A DNA stretch of 64,000 bases from assembly GCA_047495785.1 (NCBI GenBank), contig JBLDXI010000042.1, positions 3,968,001 through 4,032,000 on the forward strand. Direction: 5' to 3'. The notes beneath the pieces were generated by a model. That model had not been told where the DNA came from, searched no databases, and was given only the letters and a program-made list of their open reading frames with translations. This document shows positions 37,394 to 50,043 of this stretch, in pieces (position 1 is the first letter of the stretch; each line of letters starts with the position of its first letter). The translations under genes and the position numbers were made by a program. The DNA is from Lepidodermella squamata. Lineage: Eukaryota; Animalia; Gastrotricha.

Positions 37394-40300
37394 TCACGCC
37401 GACGAGTCGCCGAAGGGTTGAAGGTGCGAGGGCGCGGCAGCAGGCGCGGGTGGAGATGAGATCAAGGCTCCGAACGGGTGACTCAACGGGTTCGCCGCCA
37501 GCCCGGTGAACGGGTTCGTCGAGTACGTCGGCGGTGATACGATCGGCTCGACAAACGGATGCCGCGGCGCAATGGGTAGTTGAGCTGCGATCAAAGGCGC
37601 CGGTGGTAGGGGCTGCGGCGGCGGGACGTAGACCGCAGTTGGGAATAGCGCGGGTTGGGGCGGTACGGCTGCGATGGGTAGAGCCGGGCCGGAACGAGCG
37701 GCGTGAGCTTGCAGGCGCATTCGCGCGAAATCATCGAAAATCACGTCATCGTCGAGGTGCACCGAAACCGGCTCGGGTTCGTCCTCCAGTTGGATCAAAT
37801 TGTGATCAGCAACCGGCAGCGATGTTCCCATAACATTAGGCGGTTGGTTCGAACCGCCGTTCTCGCACACGGACACAGAGCCCTGGCGGGGTGGGGCGGT
37901 TTGCGGCGGCTGTTGGCCGTTTTTGAAAGAGTTCAAATTCGAGCCACTCCTCGAGCCGCTCGCCGACTGACTGTGGTGGCTCGACGACTGAGGCAACGGG
38001 TGGGTGAGAACGAAAGGCAACTCGACAGCGATATCGCCGGCGCCAAACGCCAGGTAAAGCTTCACCTTCACCTTGTACGTTACAATTATGCCGAGGTTGT
38101 CCTTCGACACAACGTTGTCGAGAATCGTCGACGAGGCCAGGTTGGTTTCTTCGTGCTTCAGCTTGCCGTCCAACGCCAACCCGCGCTTGTCGCGATTCGC
38201 CGACAAAATCGGCTGTAATGTGTACACTTTGCACCACCCAGATTGGTTTGCAGCGATGAAATCCCTATTAAATAGATTATCGTTAATATTCTACACATTC
38301 AGCTCAATCATTGAAAGGTTCTTTCACAGGGGCGTGATTTTTTCGAAAATTTGAGAGATTAAGAATAAAAAAGGAAATGGAATACGGGGAATGCGAGGAT
38401 TTTCCACAATTAATATTCTTTCGAATGCATTAAGAAAATCCAGCTTTCTAGAGGGGTCTAAACATTTTCTTTGCTAAAATCGAGGTTCCAGTACTAAATT
38501 TAATCATTTCAGCGCTTACTTATCCCAATTTTTCTGCGATTTGTGCGAAACAATTTTTCTCAAGCTGACCTCTCCTAGCATAAAATACGCGAAGGGAGGC
38601 CTTTCGGTTATAACTATTTCTCTGAGAAAATTCGGTGCAGAAACCCTAAATTCGGGCTGTGCATTAGGCACATCCAACACTGCATTCAGAATAAATTTTG
38701 CTGAGTTACGATGGGTAAGCTTTACAATTTCATGTGATGCCATTTCCATAGGAAAAACGAAGGGTAAAATCGAATTTATAAAGGATGACGTGGAAACGTT
38801 TTAAGAAAATCCAATTATTCATGAGCTAACCATTACTTATCAGAAATTTTTGCTTGAACAAGTATAGTAATTTTGGTAAGAAAAAATGAATCAAATATCA
38901 GCTTACTCTCCCTCTAAAATGGCGACTGGACAGACGTATTGCGCAGTGGAAAATAAACAAATATCAGCATATTGACGAACTGAAACATAAAGAATAAAGT
39001 TAGATTTTCGGCCTTTAAACTTAGGCGATTGACTCACTGGAAACTTTGTATCGCTTTATAGGTTTACTGGTATTATTGTCGACCAGGACGTTTATTGAGA
39101 TAGGCTCGCCGTGGTAATACTTTTGCCGGTCGAGCGTCGCCTCGAGTCGAACGATGCCAGAGTGCGGAAACGTCAGCTCTTTCACCTGTTCGGCCGTCGG
39201 TTGGGGGCCAGCGTCCGGCGGCGCGTAGATCAGCTTGCGAATAGCGAGGCGGATCGCATTTCGCTTGTGCGGCCGTTCGTCGGCGCTACTCGCCGCGTAC
39301 GCCTTCAACTCGTAGTCGACACCGCACGGCTTGCCAGTGTCGTTTTGAGCAGGCTGCAGTGTGACTGACGCAGGGGAACTATGTGGTAACTGAAAACAAC
39401 ATAATTTAATGAAAGTGAAATAAAATTATATAAAAAAATGAAAATTTCATAAGGTCAATTGGTCTAAAGCAGAAGCTTTTGATTTACTAAGATTTCGAGT
39501 TTAAAATTTATAACAGATTTCTAGGAATTTTTCAATTTAACCAACCGATACCTCTCGAGAGGCATCTCAAAAAGTAAGAATTGTGGCATTCAATCAGAAA
39601 TTGAATCAAGTAACGTTTTTAGGCCTCTAATCCCAAAGGAGCCACACGCGCAATATTATTGAGTGCTATTGATCAAGAATAAACTGAGAGCAAAAAAGGA
39701 AGTGGGCCTCGATAAGCCATATTTTCAGATTTTCAGGGTGTTCAGATTTGGACAATTTAAAATTTTCGGTTGGCTCTTTTCTCAGTATTTGAAGTATAAA
39801 ATGGACTCAATGGTATGGAAAAATATATAAATTATATAGTTTCTTTAGCCTGACCCGGAAATTTTTTCAAATATTTGCGAAAATATTTGCTCACCGGTCA
39901 TATCTGTTAATCGCAAAAGTACCAAACCAAACAACATTCCCGCAAAAGAAAAATTGGCCAGCTCAAAACTTATAAAAAAAAACCCAATGCGCGAGGCGAA
40001 GCGTGAAAATCTAGACCAGCAGGCGATAAGTGGTCAATCAATGTATTCCAGTGAGAGCGAAATGGACTGAGCGAGTGCACAAATGTTCGCATTAATATTT
40101 ATTTGATTAACAGACATTTCTAATTTCGACGCTTGAAAAACGTTATGAATTTCTGATTCAAAATTAAATTTATTCTCACCTCGAAGTAGAATGGATACGC
40201 ATTCGGCCCGAGCTTTTTCATGAGCCGCTCCTGCAGCTTAGTCAACGGGCGTCTGTGCTCGGGCAGCGGCGGGAAGACCTGGACGTTGTTGAGAAATAGG

Positions 40301-40704
40301 TCCTTGCGAAATGTCAGACCCAGCACATCGAGGTCCTCACGACCGTAACGAAAGGCCGCTAATACGTGGACATATACTTTGTCACTGCCAATCCGTTCAG
40401 GATCCACCAAAACAACCCCGTCTAAATTAATGAATATTTTCAAAAAAAATAATGAAATATCGCGATTTTCCATACCTATAGGGTCGCAATATGATAAATG
40501 GTCTATGAAGTCTCGTTTGCCGAGATAGCACGTGATATAGCCGCTAGGACTTGTCTTTTTAAAAACACGAGTCCCGCCAACCATTTGCACAGTTCCGCCA
40601 TTGGCCTTGTTCGAAGAATTTTCTTTCTCTTCGTTATTTCGATTCTGATTCGCTAAATAAGCCGCCGAGCCAGGTTGCGGCGCAGCCCCAAGTTCAGCCG
40701 CCAT
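37394..40704 (-). CDS. ARRB: Beta-arrestin (non-visual arrestin) with an extended Pro-rich C-tail. Exons 40704-40476, 40421-40180, 39389-39038, 38979-38907, 38264-37394.
   Basis: Motifs are [65 protein letters not shown], the clathrin box LIQLE and the AP-2 motif [14 protein letters not shown]. Confidence 0.96.
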
Positions 40705-40860
40705 TTATCTATCGCCGTATAATACCGTATCACGAGAATTTGCGAAACATCTTTATTACGAAATTAATCCTATAAATCAAGGAAAAAAATCATCGTAAAA
40801 ACTCAACCCTATTCATTAAAAACGATGAAAAAAGATGATGATGAGATATTATTGAAAGAA

Positions 40861-42254
40861 CTAATTTTTCGCCTCTTTCTGCATAGCATCGGCGTGAATT
40901 TGCCGCAGCATTTTGAAAGCTTGAAGATTTGCATACGGCAATTTAGTAACCGGGTCGAAATATTTCGCAGTCAAGCCCGTCAACGGGCAAATTTTCCTCG
41001 CAACAGACAGCGAGCGCTGTGAATGCGGCCGGAAAACTTCTTTGAACATCGCTTTATCACCGAATGAAATCAGCGTTTTGCTGGTTTTATCCGGCGTGAT
41101 GGTGATGGATGAGTAGCGAATGCAGAGGTGGGACAAGATTTTGCGTTGTTTAACAACACGCTGTGCAGCTCTCTTCAACTCTTCGCATTGGCGGAATTTT
41201 TCGAGAGATTCAGTATTAAGACGTTCGGTAATTTTTGCTTCTTCCAACAGTTCCGCTTGAGTTAACCTACGCCGACGTTGTTCACGCTTTTGTTTCGACT
41301 GAAATAATCCATTAATTATTCATTTTAATGAGTGGGCTGTCTTTCTCGGTTACTTACGCGGTTGCGTTGGTCTTGCTTCTGCGCCCAAATTTGACGCTCA
41401 ACTTGGCGACGAGCTTCGCCCAGTTCTGATCTAATTTGAGTCGAGGTTCGAAGGGCTGCTCGCTTTTTAGAATTATCTCCAGCCCCGGCAAAAGATTCAT
41501 CCATCGCATCGTTAGAAACATCCTAAATAACAGAAAAATTGGTACTAATCATAGGGATCTTAAAACTGCCTTGATCGGTTAAAAAATAAGTCTCAGTAAA
41601 AATATTTCTAGTCCCATTATAACTAAAAATGAGCTTAAAATAAAACTAGAAAAATTTACAATTTTAGCAAAAAATAAAAAATCCTGCTTACTTTTTAATT
41701 TTGTAAAATTGCCCCACCCTTCAGGTCGTCTTTTGATGAGCTAGCGCCAAAATTTTCCATTTTCGACACCAAAAACTAGCGGAAAGTCAAATACTTACAG
41801 GTTTTTCAATATCAGCCGGTGCAGTCGGGACTTTTTTCGATTTTTTACTCTCAGTCGGCGCATTTTGTGGCAATGAAAATCGTTTCCGCTTCAGAGCTTT
41901 GCGCCGCCTGGCCCGTTCTGCCTCCTCCTCGTCATCATCCAGGTCCTCATCACGTTTCCGTGACCGCTTCGGGGCTCCCTCGGCGTTGTCGCCATCTTCC
42001 CCGCCGTCCTCGCTGATTTCAGCGTCGAAATCTGAATCTACTACATCGCCATCGTCCGATTTCGCCTCGTAATCGTTGTCGTCTTCCTCCTCAACGAAAC
42101 CGCCGTAGGTCGTCGCGTAAAATGCATCGCCTTTGTCCTTGTCCTCGTCGTTCAACAACTGATTCATTTTCGCGCCAGCATTCGCCCGCCGAGACCGCGT
42201 CAGGGCCAACGGCGATGGTGGTTGCAGCTGGCCGGCATCGTTTGATTCGCTCAT
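40861..42254 (-). CDS. VPS72: VPS72/YL1, H2A.Z chaperone subunit of SRCAP/TIP60 (exons 42254-41799, 41522-41358, 41298-40861)
   Basis: RSRRANAGAKM..LL, FY.TTYGGF.EEEDD.DY, LTQAELLEEAKITE.LN.ESL, and the YL1-C domain CPLTGL.AKYFDPVTKLPYAN. Confidence 0.95.
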
Positions 42255-45200
42255 TTGATTTTTTAATAAACAACACTTCTACATCATATGAATTTGTTAT
42301 CATCATTATTATTTTTAGGCTTCGATTTCGCGCATTAACGGAATAATCGATATCGGATAAATACATCATAACGCCTGCTCTCGACAAATTTTCGTCATCT
42401 CACCGCACTTTGCTACGCTCTTATTACTATACATCATTATATACAGACAAAGAACACGGGCTTTGATGATAATAATAATAAATAGGAAATCGATCGATAT
42501 TAGCAGCATGGAGGGCTAGTAGTAGTCGCAGCGTTAATAGAAGAAGTGGGAAATAGCCGACCTTCTCCGCCCCATTATTTCGCTCTGCCAAAGATCTCCC
42601 TCGCGGCCCTTTCTATTCATCCGATTGCGAAAATATGTTGTCACTAGTCGGCATCAGAAGCAACGACAAAGGCTAAATAACAACAGTAACGTTACTACTA
42701 ATAACCAAATACCGCGGCGAAAAAGAGACACAAATATCATGGGTATATCCAGAACAGAAAAATTACAGGAATGTACATCAATTAATATAGCGCGTGTGTG
42801 CGTGTGTGGTCAGAAAAACATCCCCAGCGCGAGATGATAATGTTTTACAGACATGGAAAAAACACACTGCGTTTAATCACATCGGTAATATCAAGACAAA
42901 TACAAGTCTGCTGTTGCGCACTAGCCAAGGTGAGGTGAAAAAAATTGCAGGAAATATAGGCGGCTAATCTATAAGCGATGATCTACTGCTACCATTATCA
43001 ACTAGCTCGACGTGTATCTGATAAAGGGCGAAAAAATACCGTGCAATCAGCGTCGCAATCTTAGTTGGAGGCTAATTAACGGCCGACGGCGTCTATCGAA
43101 TACTTGATATAGCGGCAATCAATAAATTTGAAATTTGATGCTCCTCAATGAGTTAAAACTGAGATCTCAAGTAAATTAAGCATTAGGACAGACCATTAAC
43201 ACCATGCTGATGTCAGCATAAGTATGCGTCGTTCCGATTAAGATCTACGTAACGTCTAATGGTTGGGACATCATTAGCAAATAATTGAATTCAGCGAGAT
43301 AACCTTAATAAATGCATGACACCTATTTTATGAGTAAATATCCTTGCTATGAGTCAGTTCCACTTTGATTAATAAGAAAGCAATCAAAACATGCATTTTT
43401 GCGAACGTCTGATCGTGAAATCAAGCAGATCAACTTTTACGGATCCTTGCTGAATAACATGGAATGTCCAGCGAAAAAAAAACAAATAGCTCGTGGAGGC
43501 AGCAATGAATGAAATTTAATCTCAACATGAGTGTTCCAAATTACGTGGCTGAATGAAATTACAATGCATCGGGTACTATTCGTCATTGCCAAAATATTTC
43601 ACAGGACAACAAACAATCACCAATGATCATTAAAATAAAATTAGATAAGAACGTTAATCAGCGGTAAGTGAAATGGAGTGGGACATGGTGATGAGAAAAA
43701 TCCCATCACCACCACGTTCTCAGATTCAACGAAAATGTATGCCTAGGAATGTGAGAATGAAGAAGAGTAACGAATGCGGATTTTTTTGTATTGATCGATT
43801 TGAATGAGCCGAGAACTACATTCGATTGCTCAGGGGTGAAAGGAGTACTAATTCAAAAACAATAATTTCATACAACGTGTTGCAACAACGTATTCTAAAA
43901 TATTTTCAATATCAGCGCCCCTTCATGATTTTGATGAATGCAGTCGTTACATATTCAATCATTTGCTGTGTTACGCGCTGACTTATGGCATGGTATGAAA
44001 TATCAATTTAAATAGAGCAAACGAGAAAGCAGAAGGGAAACAATTTGTTAGCATACTTAATTGGGGATGAGAATTCCCATATCGTAGCTCATAGGTGAAG
44101 AGGTCATTTGTTGATTTTGTATAACATAAAATCTCAAAGCAAGTTTATAACGCAACGAGAGTTGCCGAGCTCATTTACTCGTTTCTATTCGTGATTCGCT
44201 CCATACAGCACGGTGGGCGGAGCATCCCCTACAAGAAAACGAGCATAGATCCTACGGCAAATTTGTACCCTGCACCTTGCGCTCGTTAAAACCCTTGATC
44301 CCACAGATTCCATATTTCCTGACTTTATAACAGCAATTTTCACACAACGGAGTATGGAGACTGACACGTAGGCTGCCAGGCTGCCCCTGTCGATCATAAA
44401 TTGTTGCGATCGAAGTTGAACTGTAGCCCCAATTCGACGTCTGCATATCAAATTTATCCAAGACTACCTAGTATTTACTCAAATAGAGTCTTTTTCCTTG
44501 AAAAAAAACCAGTGGTGACCTCCGCGTAAATCACGTATGCATAGCTGCTCCGCTCCCTAACTTCAAACGAGACAATTGCAATAAAAACCCAAAAAGGGCA
44601 AGGAAGCGATATGGCTAAATGTAAATGAGGGTAACATCAATGAGCATCAGAAGCATCAATTATCAGTGTAACGCGTCACGCGTCACTTAACTTTTGGCAT
44701 TGACTGACAGTTTTGGCGCGGCTCAACAAACGCTAAAAACAGAGACTCCCGACCTTGAAAACTATCGGTTTCGCAATCTATGCTCGTTAAAACATTTTGA
44801 ATTTAATTTGCAACTTCGGGGTATGCTAAAATATTTATTTGGGTAAAAACAAAATAGGAGCAAAAATCACCAATCCCGCGTTTTCTTGCGGTGTTTCAAA
44901 CGTTTTATCTGAGTCTTCTCGCACGAGAATGTCGCTTCCTTCATTTAGCAGTTGGCAGTTGGTCCTGAGACTAAATCTTAAGTCTTGAGTTGCGACCTAC
45001 TTTTTCCTATCTTTTTTCTGACTACGCGCGACACACGGCTCGCAGATATTAGGTTTTAATCGCCGACATTCAATGAGCGCCGGGAGTGAGACTGAACTGT
45101 TAAGTGATTGAATTAGCCCGCTAGCCCTTTATGATCCTTTATGCGGACTTGGGCTCTGGCCGAATGAGGGGCTAGTGAGATAATCGCGAGTACACTTTAC

Positions 45201-45366
45201 ACTTACGTGGCAAAAATGTCTCAGGTTTGCTACTCCCTACCCCAGGCTACTGTCTGCTGAAAACATAGATGATCTCATTTTGGTTGCCAACATCATGAAT
45301 TATCACATTTTTCCTGTTTCCTCGTAGAATATCCTAAATAATTTACTCTCACATCGACTCTATGGT

Positions 45367-46518
45367 ATGGTTCTATTCTCAAGCGCAGTACAGCTTCCTC
45401 TTGGTGCTGTAAGGTTTTTTATTCTGGGTGCCGCATCTGCGACAGTAATTTCGCTCATTCTCGGACTGATATTCTACCCAGATTTACAATGCCTCGATGG
45501 CAATGCAGCAAGCAAAAATACGCAAATTTCAGCCGTGAAGACGCAAGAGAGAACTAGAGTGCTGATAGCTGGATATTGGCGCAGTGGTTCAGGATTCCTA
45601 GGCGAATTATTTAACCAACATTCTGAGGCATTTTTCTTGGTCGAGCCGTTGAATGGCTACATATACACGCCAAACATAGCGATGCCCGAAAATCTTGACG
45701 CTAGTAGCAATCCGAAGGCTAAAGAAACCTATAATGTCAATGATTTTTATGAGCAATATCAGAGTCGCTCAAATGTCGATTTGGCCAAGGTTTTAAAACA
45801 AGTCTACGAGTGCGATTTTGAAAACATCGACGCCGGTGTTTTAATGCACCGAGTGATGCGCCTTTCACGGTCCAGCTATCAATTCAACTTCTGCCTACAA
45901 TGGAATGGTGCCAATTTAGGCCATTGCCGCCCAGTGTTAACGTCTATGTGTAAGGAACAGTCGATCACTGCTATAAAAGAAGTTTACGCCAGAGCTGAAA
46001 CTGTCAGAGAGTTGCTCAAAGCCTTGCCTGATGTTCGCGTAATTCATTTAGTTCGCGACCCGAGAGCTGTAGTATTATCTCAACGTGATCGAAATATGCT
46101 TGCATCTGGATCTTCATTAGAGGAATCATCACACGAGATTTGCGACATGATGGTGAAAGATCATGAGAAATTGACGCCATTAATCGAGAAGGGTTCAGTT
46201 TTACGCGTGTTTTACGAAGACATTGCCACCCAGCCGGAAACATGGGCTGAGCGTGTATACAACTTTCTTGGGCTTCCTATCTCGCAACAATTGCTCACCT
46301 GGATTCGATCAGGGACGAATTCAAAAGTCAACCATTCTCATAAAGGTTGGCTTTCATCGACACGGAAGAAAAATTCGACAGCCACAGCTTTTGCGTGGAA
46401 AACTCGCCTTCGCCCCGATGAAATTGCGGCCATCGACCGAGGCTGTAGTAAGCTGTACCAAATTATCGGCGGAGACCGATACAAGCCGGTTAAATCCGAG
46501 AAGGATCTTGGTAACTAA
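45367..46518 (+). CDS. Golgi carbohydrate sulfotransferase (CHST Gal/GlcNAc-6-O type); single coding exon
   Basis: Type II TM anchor, 5'-PSB WRSGSGFLGELFNQH, EPL, 3'-PB VIHLVRDPRAV..S, YEDIA and AFAW. Confidence 0.92.
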   Translation: MVLFSSAVQLPLGAVRFFILGAASATVISLILGLIFYPDLQCLDGNAASKNTQISAVKTQERTRVLIAGYWRSGSGFLGELFNQHSEAFFLVEPLNGYIYTPNIAMPENLDASSNPKAKETYNVNDFYEQYQSRSNVDLAKVLKQVYECDFENIDAGVLMHRVMRLSRSSYQFNFCLQWNGANLGHCRPVLTSMCKEQSITAIKEVYARAETVRELLKALPDVRVIHLVRDPRAVVLSQRDRNMLASGSSLEESSHEICDMMVKDHEKLTPLIEKGSVLRVFYEDIATQPETWAERVYNFLGLPISQQLLTWIRSGTNSKVNHSHKGWLSSTRKKNSTATAFAWKTRLRPDEIAAIDRGCSKLYQIIGGDRYKPVKSEKDLGN

Positions 46519-46649
46519 TCAAAGTGGCTGTGACTCAGTATTTATATTCCAATGAGTTTTAATCTCTTTCAATTTTACACGCTTTAATACAGTTGCAATA
46601 AATTGTTGGGATTTTTGGTTAATCATCATGTTTTCTTTCCATTTAGAGA

Positions 46650-47864
46650 ATGAAAATTACTGATCAGGTTGTAAAATCATTCGGCGTTGCGAAGGTTTTT
46701 CGTGACAATACCGATTTGATCAATTCACTCGATTTCAGTGATAACGGCGAGCTTTTAGTGACATCGGCTGACGATGACCAAATCATAATTTACGATTGCA
46801 ATACTGGAACGTAAGTCTTGAAATAGCCTTGATTTTACTCGCTAAAACCAAAAATTTCGTTATTTTAGGACGAAAAAGACGCTCAATAGTAAGAAATATG
46901 GTTGTTCTTTGATTCGGTTTACACACGCTCCTAATACTGCCGTTCATGGCTCGACAAAAATTGATGGTACGTTGCAATTTGTTACCCAAAGCTCGTTTAA
47001 ATATTATATATTAAATAGATACGATTCGATATCTATCGCTCCATGACAACAAGTACATTCGTTATTTCCCGGGCCACACAAAGCGTGTGGTTTGCCTTTG
47101 CATGTCGCCAACAGACGACACATTCCTCAGCGGTTCGCTCGACAAAACCATTCGACTGTGGGATTTACGATCACCCAACTGCCAAGGCTTGATGCACTTG
47201 AACAGCCGACCTGTTGCTGCTTTCGACCCTGGTTAGTTATCATGTTTAAAAAATAAGTTGTTTACCTAATATTTGAAAGGTTGAATTTAATTTACTTGAA
47301 TTCGTAAAATTTGGGATTAAGAAAATTTCTAGCATTTTAGTAAATTATCGGAATTAATTCTCTTAATTTTTTCCCACAGAGGGATTAATTTTCGCTGCTG
47401 GAATCGGCTCTGAAAGCTTGAAACTCTACGATTTGAGGTCATTCGATCGTGGTCCATTCACTACCTTCAAAGTCACTGGAAACGATTCTGGCCCACAGCC
47501 GCCAGGTTTCGAATGGACCGGCCTGCGATTTAGTCCCGATGGCCGGTCTATGCTCATCACCACAAACGCAAGCACTATTCGCGTAGTGGACGCGTACGAC
47601 GGTAAACAAATCGCGCATTTCGGCGGTTTTACGAACAACAAATCGGTCCCGCTAGAGGCGAGTTTCACGCCCGATTCGCAGTACGTGTTCGCCGGGTCGA
47701 CCGATGGCAAAATGCATGCGTGGAGCGTTGAAGGCGGCAAAGTCGCGGTTATGGACTCGCAGCACCAGAAACCGATTCAAAACGTGCTATTCAACCCGAA
47801 ATACATGATGATGGCTTCGGCTTGTCAAATCCTCTCGTTGTGGGTGCCGGAAGTCGACGAATAG
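46650..47864 (+). CDS. WDR82: WD repeat protein 82 (Swd2; SET1/COMPASS), 4 exons
   Basis: [72 protein letters not shown] and [12 protein letters not shown]. Confidence 0.96.
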
Positions 47865-48497
47865 TCCAATTTTTTGAACTTATCTTATGAGATGTAAAAT
47901 GTGCGAAAAACCCGCTCAAATATACCGTTTTTATTAATTAGAAAAATCTCTTGAAGTTTGATTGAAATAAAAGGATTTTTTGTGTGATTTTTCGCCCATT
48001 TACCAGCTCATGTAAAAATAGTGTATGTATATCGTTTTTTCTGTGAATCGCGTAAAAGAGCGACAAAATTGTGTTTCGCCATTCGAGTCAGTTTTTGTTT
48101 TCATGTTTTTCTTGTGGAAAAAAACAATCAATGATCACTTTGGTCTGCTCAGTTTTTTCCTGGCGCGAAATTTGTAACAGCAACGTTTTTACTGTTGAGT
48201 CGAAAAACTTGGAAGAAAAATAATAAAATTGATAATGAAAACGCGTGTTGATTCATAGTAGGCAGTGTTAATCGGTACCAGACCAGTAACCTCGAAGTTG
48301 CATAACACGTGCGATAAAGGAGAAGCCGCTATATATTTAGCATTCCATTGGGGTGTGTTTATTTTAGCGCGCCAGGTGAATGCGCGGTTCGGTGATCACA
48401 GTGCGCCGCCACGGGCCAATCGGCGATTTGTTTTGATTCCAGTCATATCACATCAGAACATCAACGAGATAGATTACTTCTTATCATTTCCGCAATC

Positions 48498-49865
48498 ATG
48501 ACCTCAAAATCAGCGAGCAGTAAGGTGTCTAAAAAAGCGTCGTCCAAGGCGAAAATCGAGGAGCAGCCAGGTGGGGAGCTGAATGATCAAGAGGACCCAT
48601 CGGCTCTTTCGGCGCGCACTCCAAAATGCGCAAGGTAATTTTTTTTAGATTGAATCTAAGGAAAACATACGATTAAATTTTTCGGATTCAGGTGCAATAA
48701 TCACGGCGTTGTCAGTTCGTTAAAAGGCCACAAACGATTTTGCAGGTGGCGCGATTGCAAATGCACGAACTGCATTCTCGTTGCGTAAGTTGCAGGAAAT
48801 TTTGAAAATATGAAGCATCGATTGTCTTGATTTTTTTAGGCGAAGGCAAAGAATTATGGCCGCTCAAGTTGCCCTTCGAAGGTAACATTACAAATTGATT
48901 CTTTACAGATTTTCCCCAATAGCAGAATGCGATGTTGGAATCGATCCTCGCTTGAACTAATCCGAGGTCATAAGGAGCAAGCCTTTCAATTCTGACATTA
49001 AAAATTCGATTATAAAACCGAAAAAATTAGTTAAAGAAGTGTTTAATGCGCCGCGAATGCCCATAAAGCCGCAGCCATTTTTAAATTTTAAATTTTTTTG
49101 GAAATGCCTCAGAAATGTATCTATTTTCTGGGATTGAACCTATCGCGAGAATCCTCTATGCCTTATCCGCGATTCTACCGAATTAATTGACAGAATTAAT
49201 TTACTGGAAAAAACCGGAATGCGGTAACTGACTCCGTAATTTTCCGTATTTTACCGAATTTCTTCGTTTTTAAATTGACTTTGATAAGTTATGGACCATA
49301 CAACATGCATGCTTTGATTCTGTGTTATTTATGTAGGCAACAAACGCACGAGCTTCAAGGACGGCCGATGAAATCGCGCCGCCCGTTGAATCTTGACATT
49401 GACGCTTCCGCAGCCGACCCGGCTGCAGATCTAGCCACCAACACCAACAGCCAAAGCAGTTCAGTCGCCGAACCGCCGGCTGAAGTAGCCGCCAAAATTC
49501 TGCTAGATTCATCGCATCTACTCCGAAAACGCCGGGCATTTGCTGATCGCGACCTAATGGACTGCACCATCAAAGCTATGATAGCAATGCGAGCTGCTGG
49601 GGCTGCGACTTTCTCATTTTCATCGCGCCATTTTTGGATTTTATCGCAAATATTTCCGCAAATTCCAGCGCCGCAACTTGGCACGTTGTACCAACAATTT
49701 GCCTATGACACTGAATCGCTCATTCGATACCTGGTCGCCGCGAAAATCGTCGCGGAACGGGCTGAAGATGGGGCGGAAATCGACACGGAACGGGAACAAA
49801 CCAGCCCGGCAAACTTGTCAAAACGACCTCGGGTGTCATCGTACAGAATCGAAGATTTACTCTGA
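48498..49865 (+). CDS. DMRT2: DM-domain transcription factor, Dmrt2/Dmrt11E-like (exons 48498-48634, 48692-48784, 48840-48881, 49337-49865)
   Basis: The spliced DM domain reads [54 protein letters not shown]. The C-terminus has an eh1-like YRIEDLL. Confidence 0.88.
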
Positions 49866-50043
49866 ATTTAAGGCTCATATTTTTCTGATTTAATTTCAAG
49901 AACAATTCGGAAAAAAATCACATTTTTATTGAAGAAAATCCAAGTATGCTATTGTGCATAATATAATATCGGCTATGTTGGAAATACAGAATTTTAAATA
50001 AAGCTTTCGTGTGCTGTTGATTGTTTCTCAACTTCAAAATAAG

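Noticed and set aside
42400-45300. Short ORFs and small hairpins between VPS72 and the sulfotransferase
   Set aside because: There are no recognisable domains, consistent splice chain or ncRNA motif. I treat it as a divergent promoter/intergenic region.
49125-49190. tRNA-like A/B boxes on the minus strand (ggtaga...ggttcaatccc) in a DMRT intron
   Set aside because: No cloverleaf or acceptor stem can be formed. At most it is a decayed SINE fragment.
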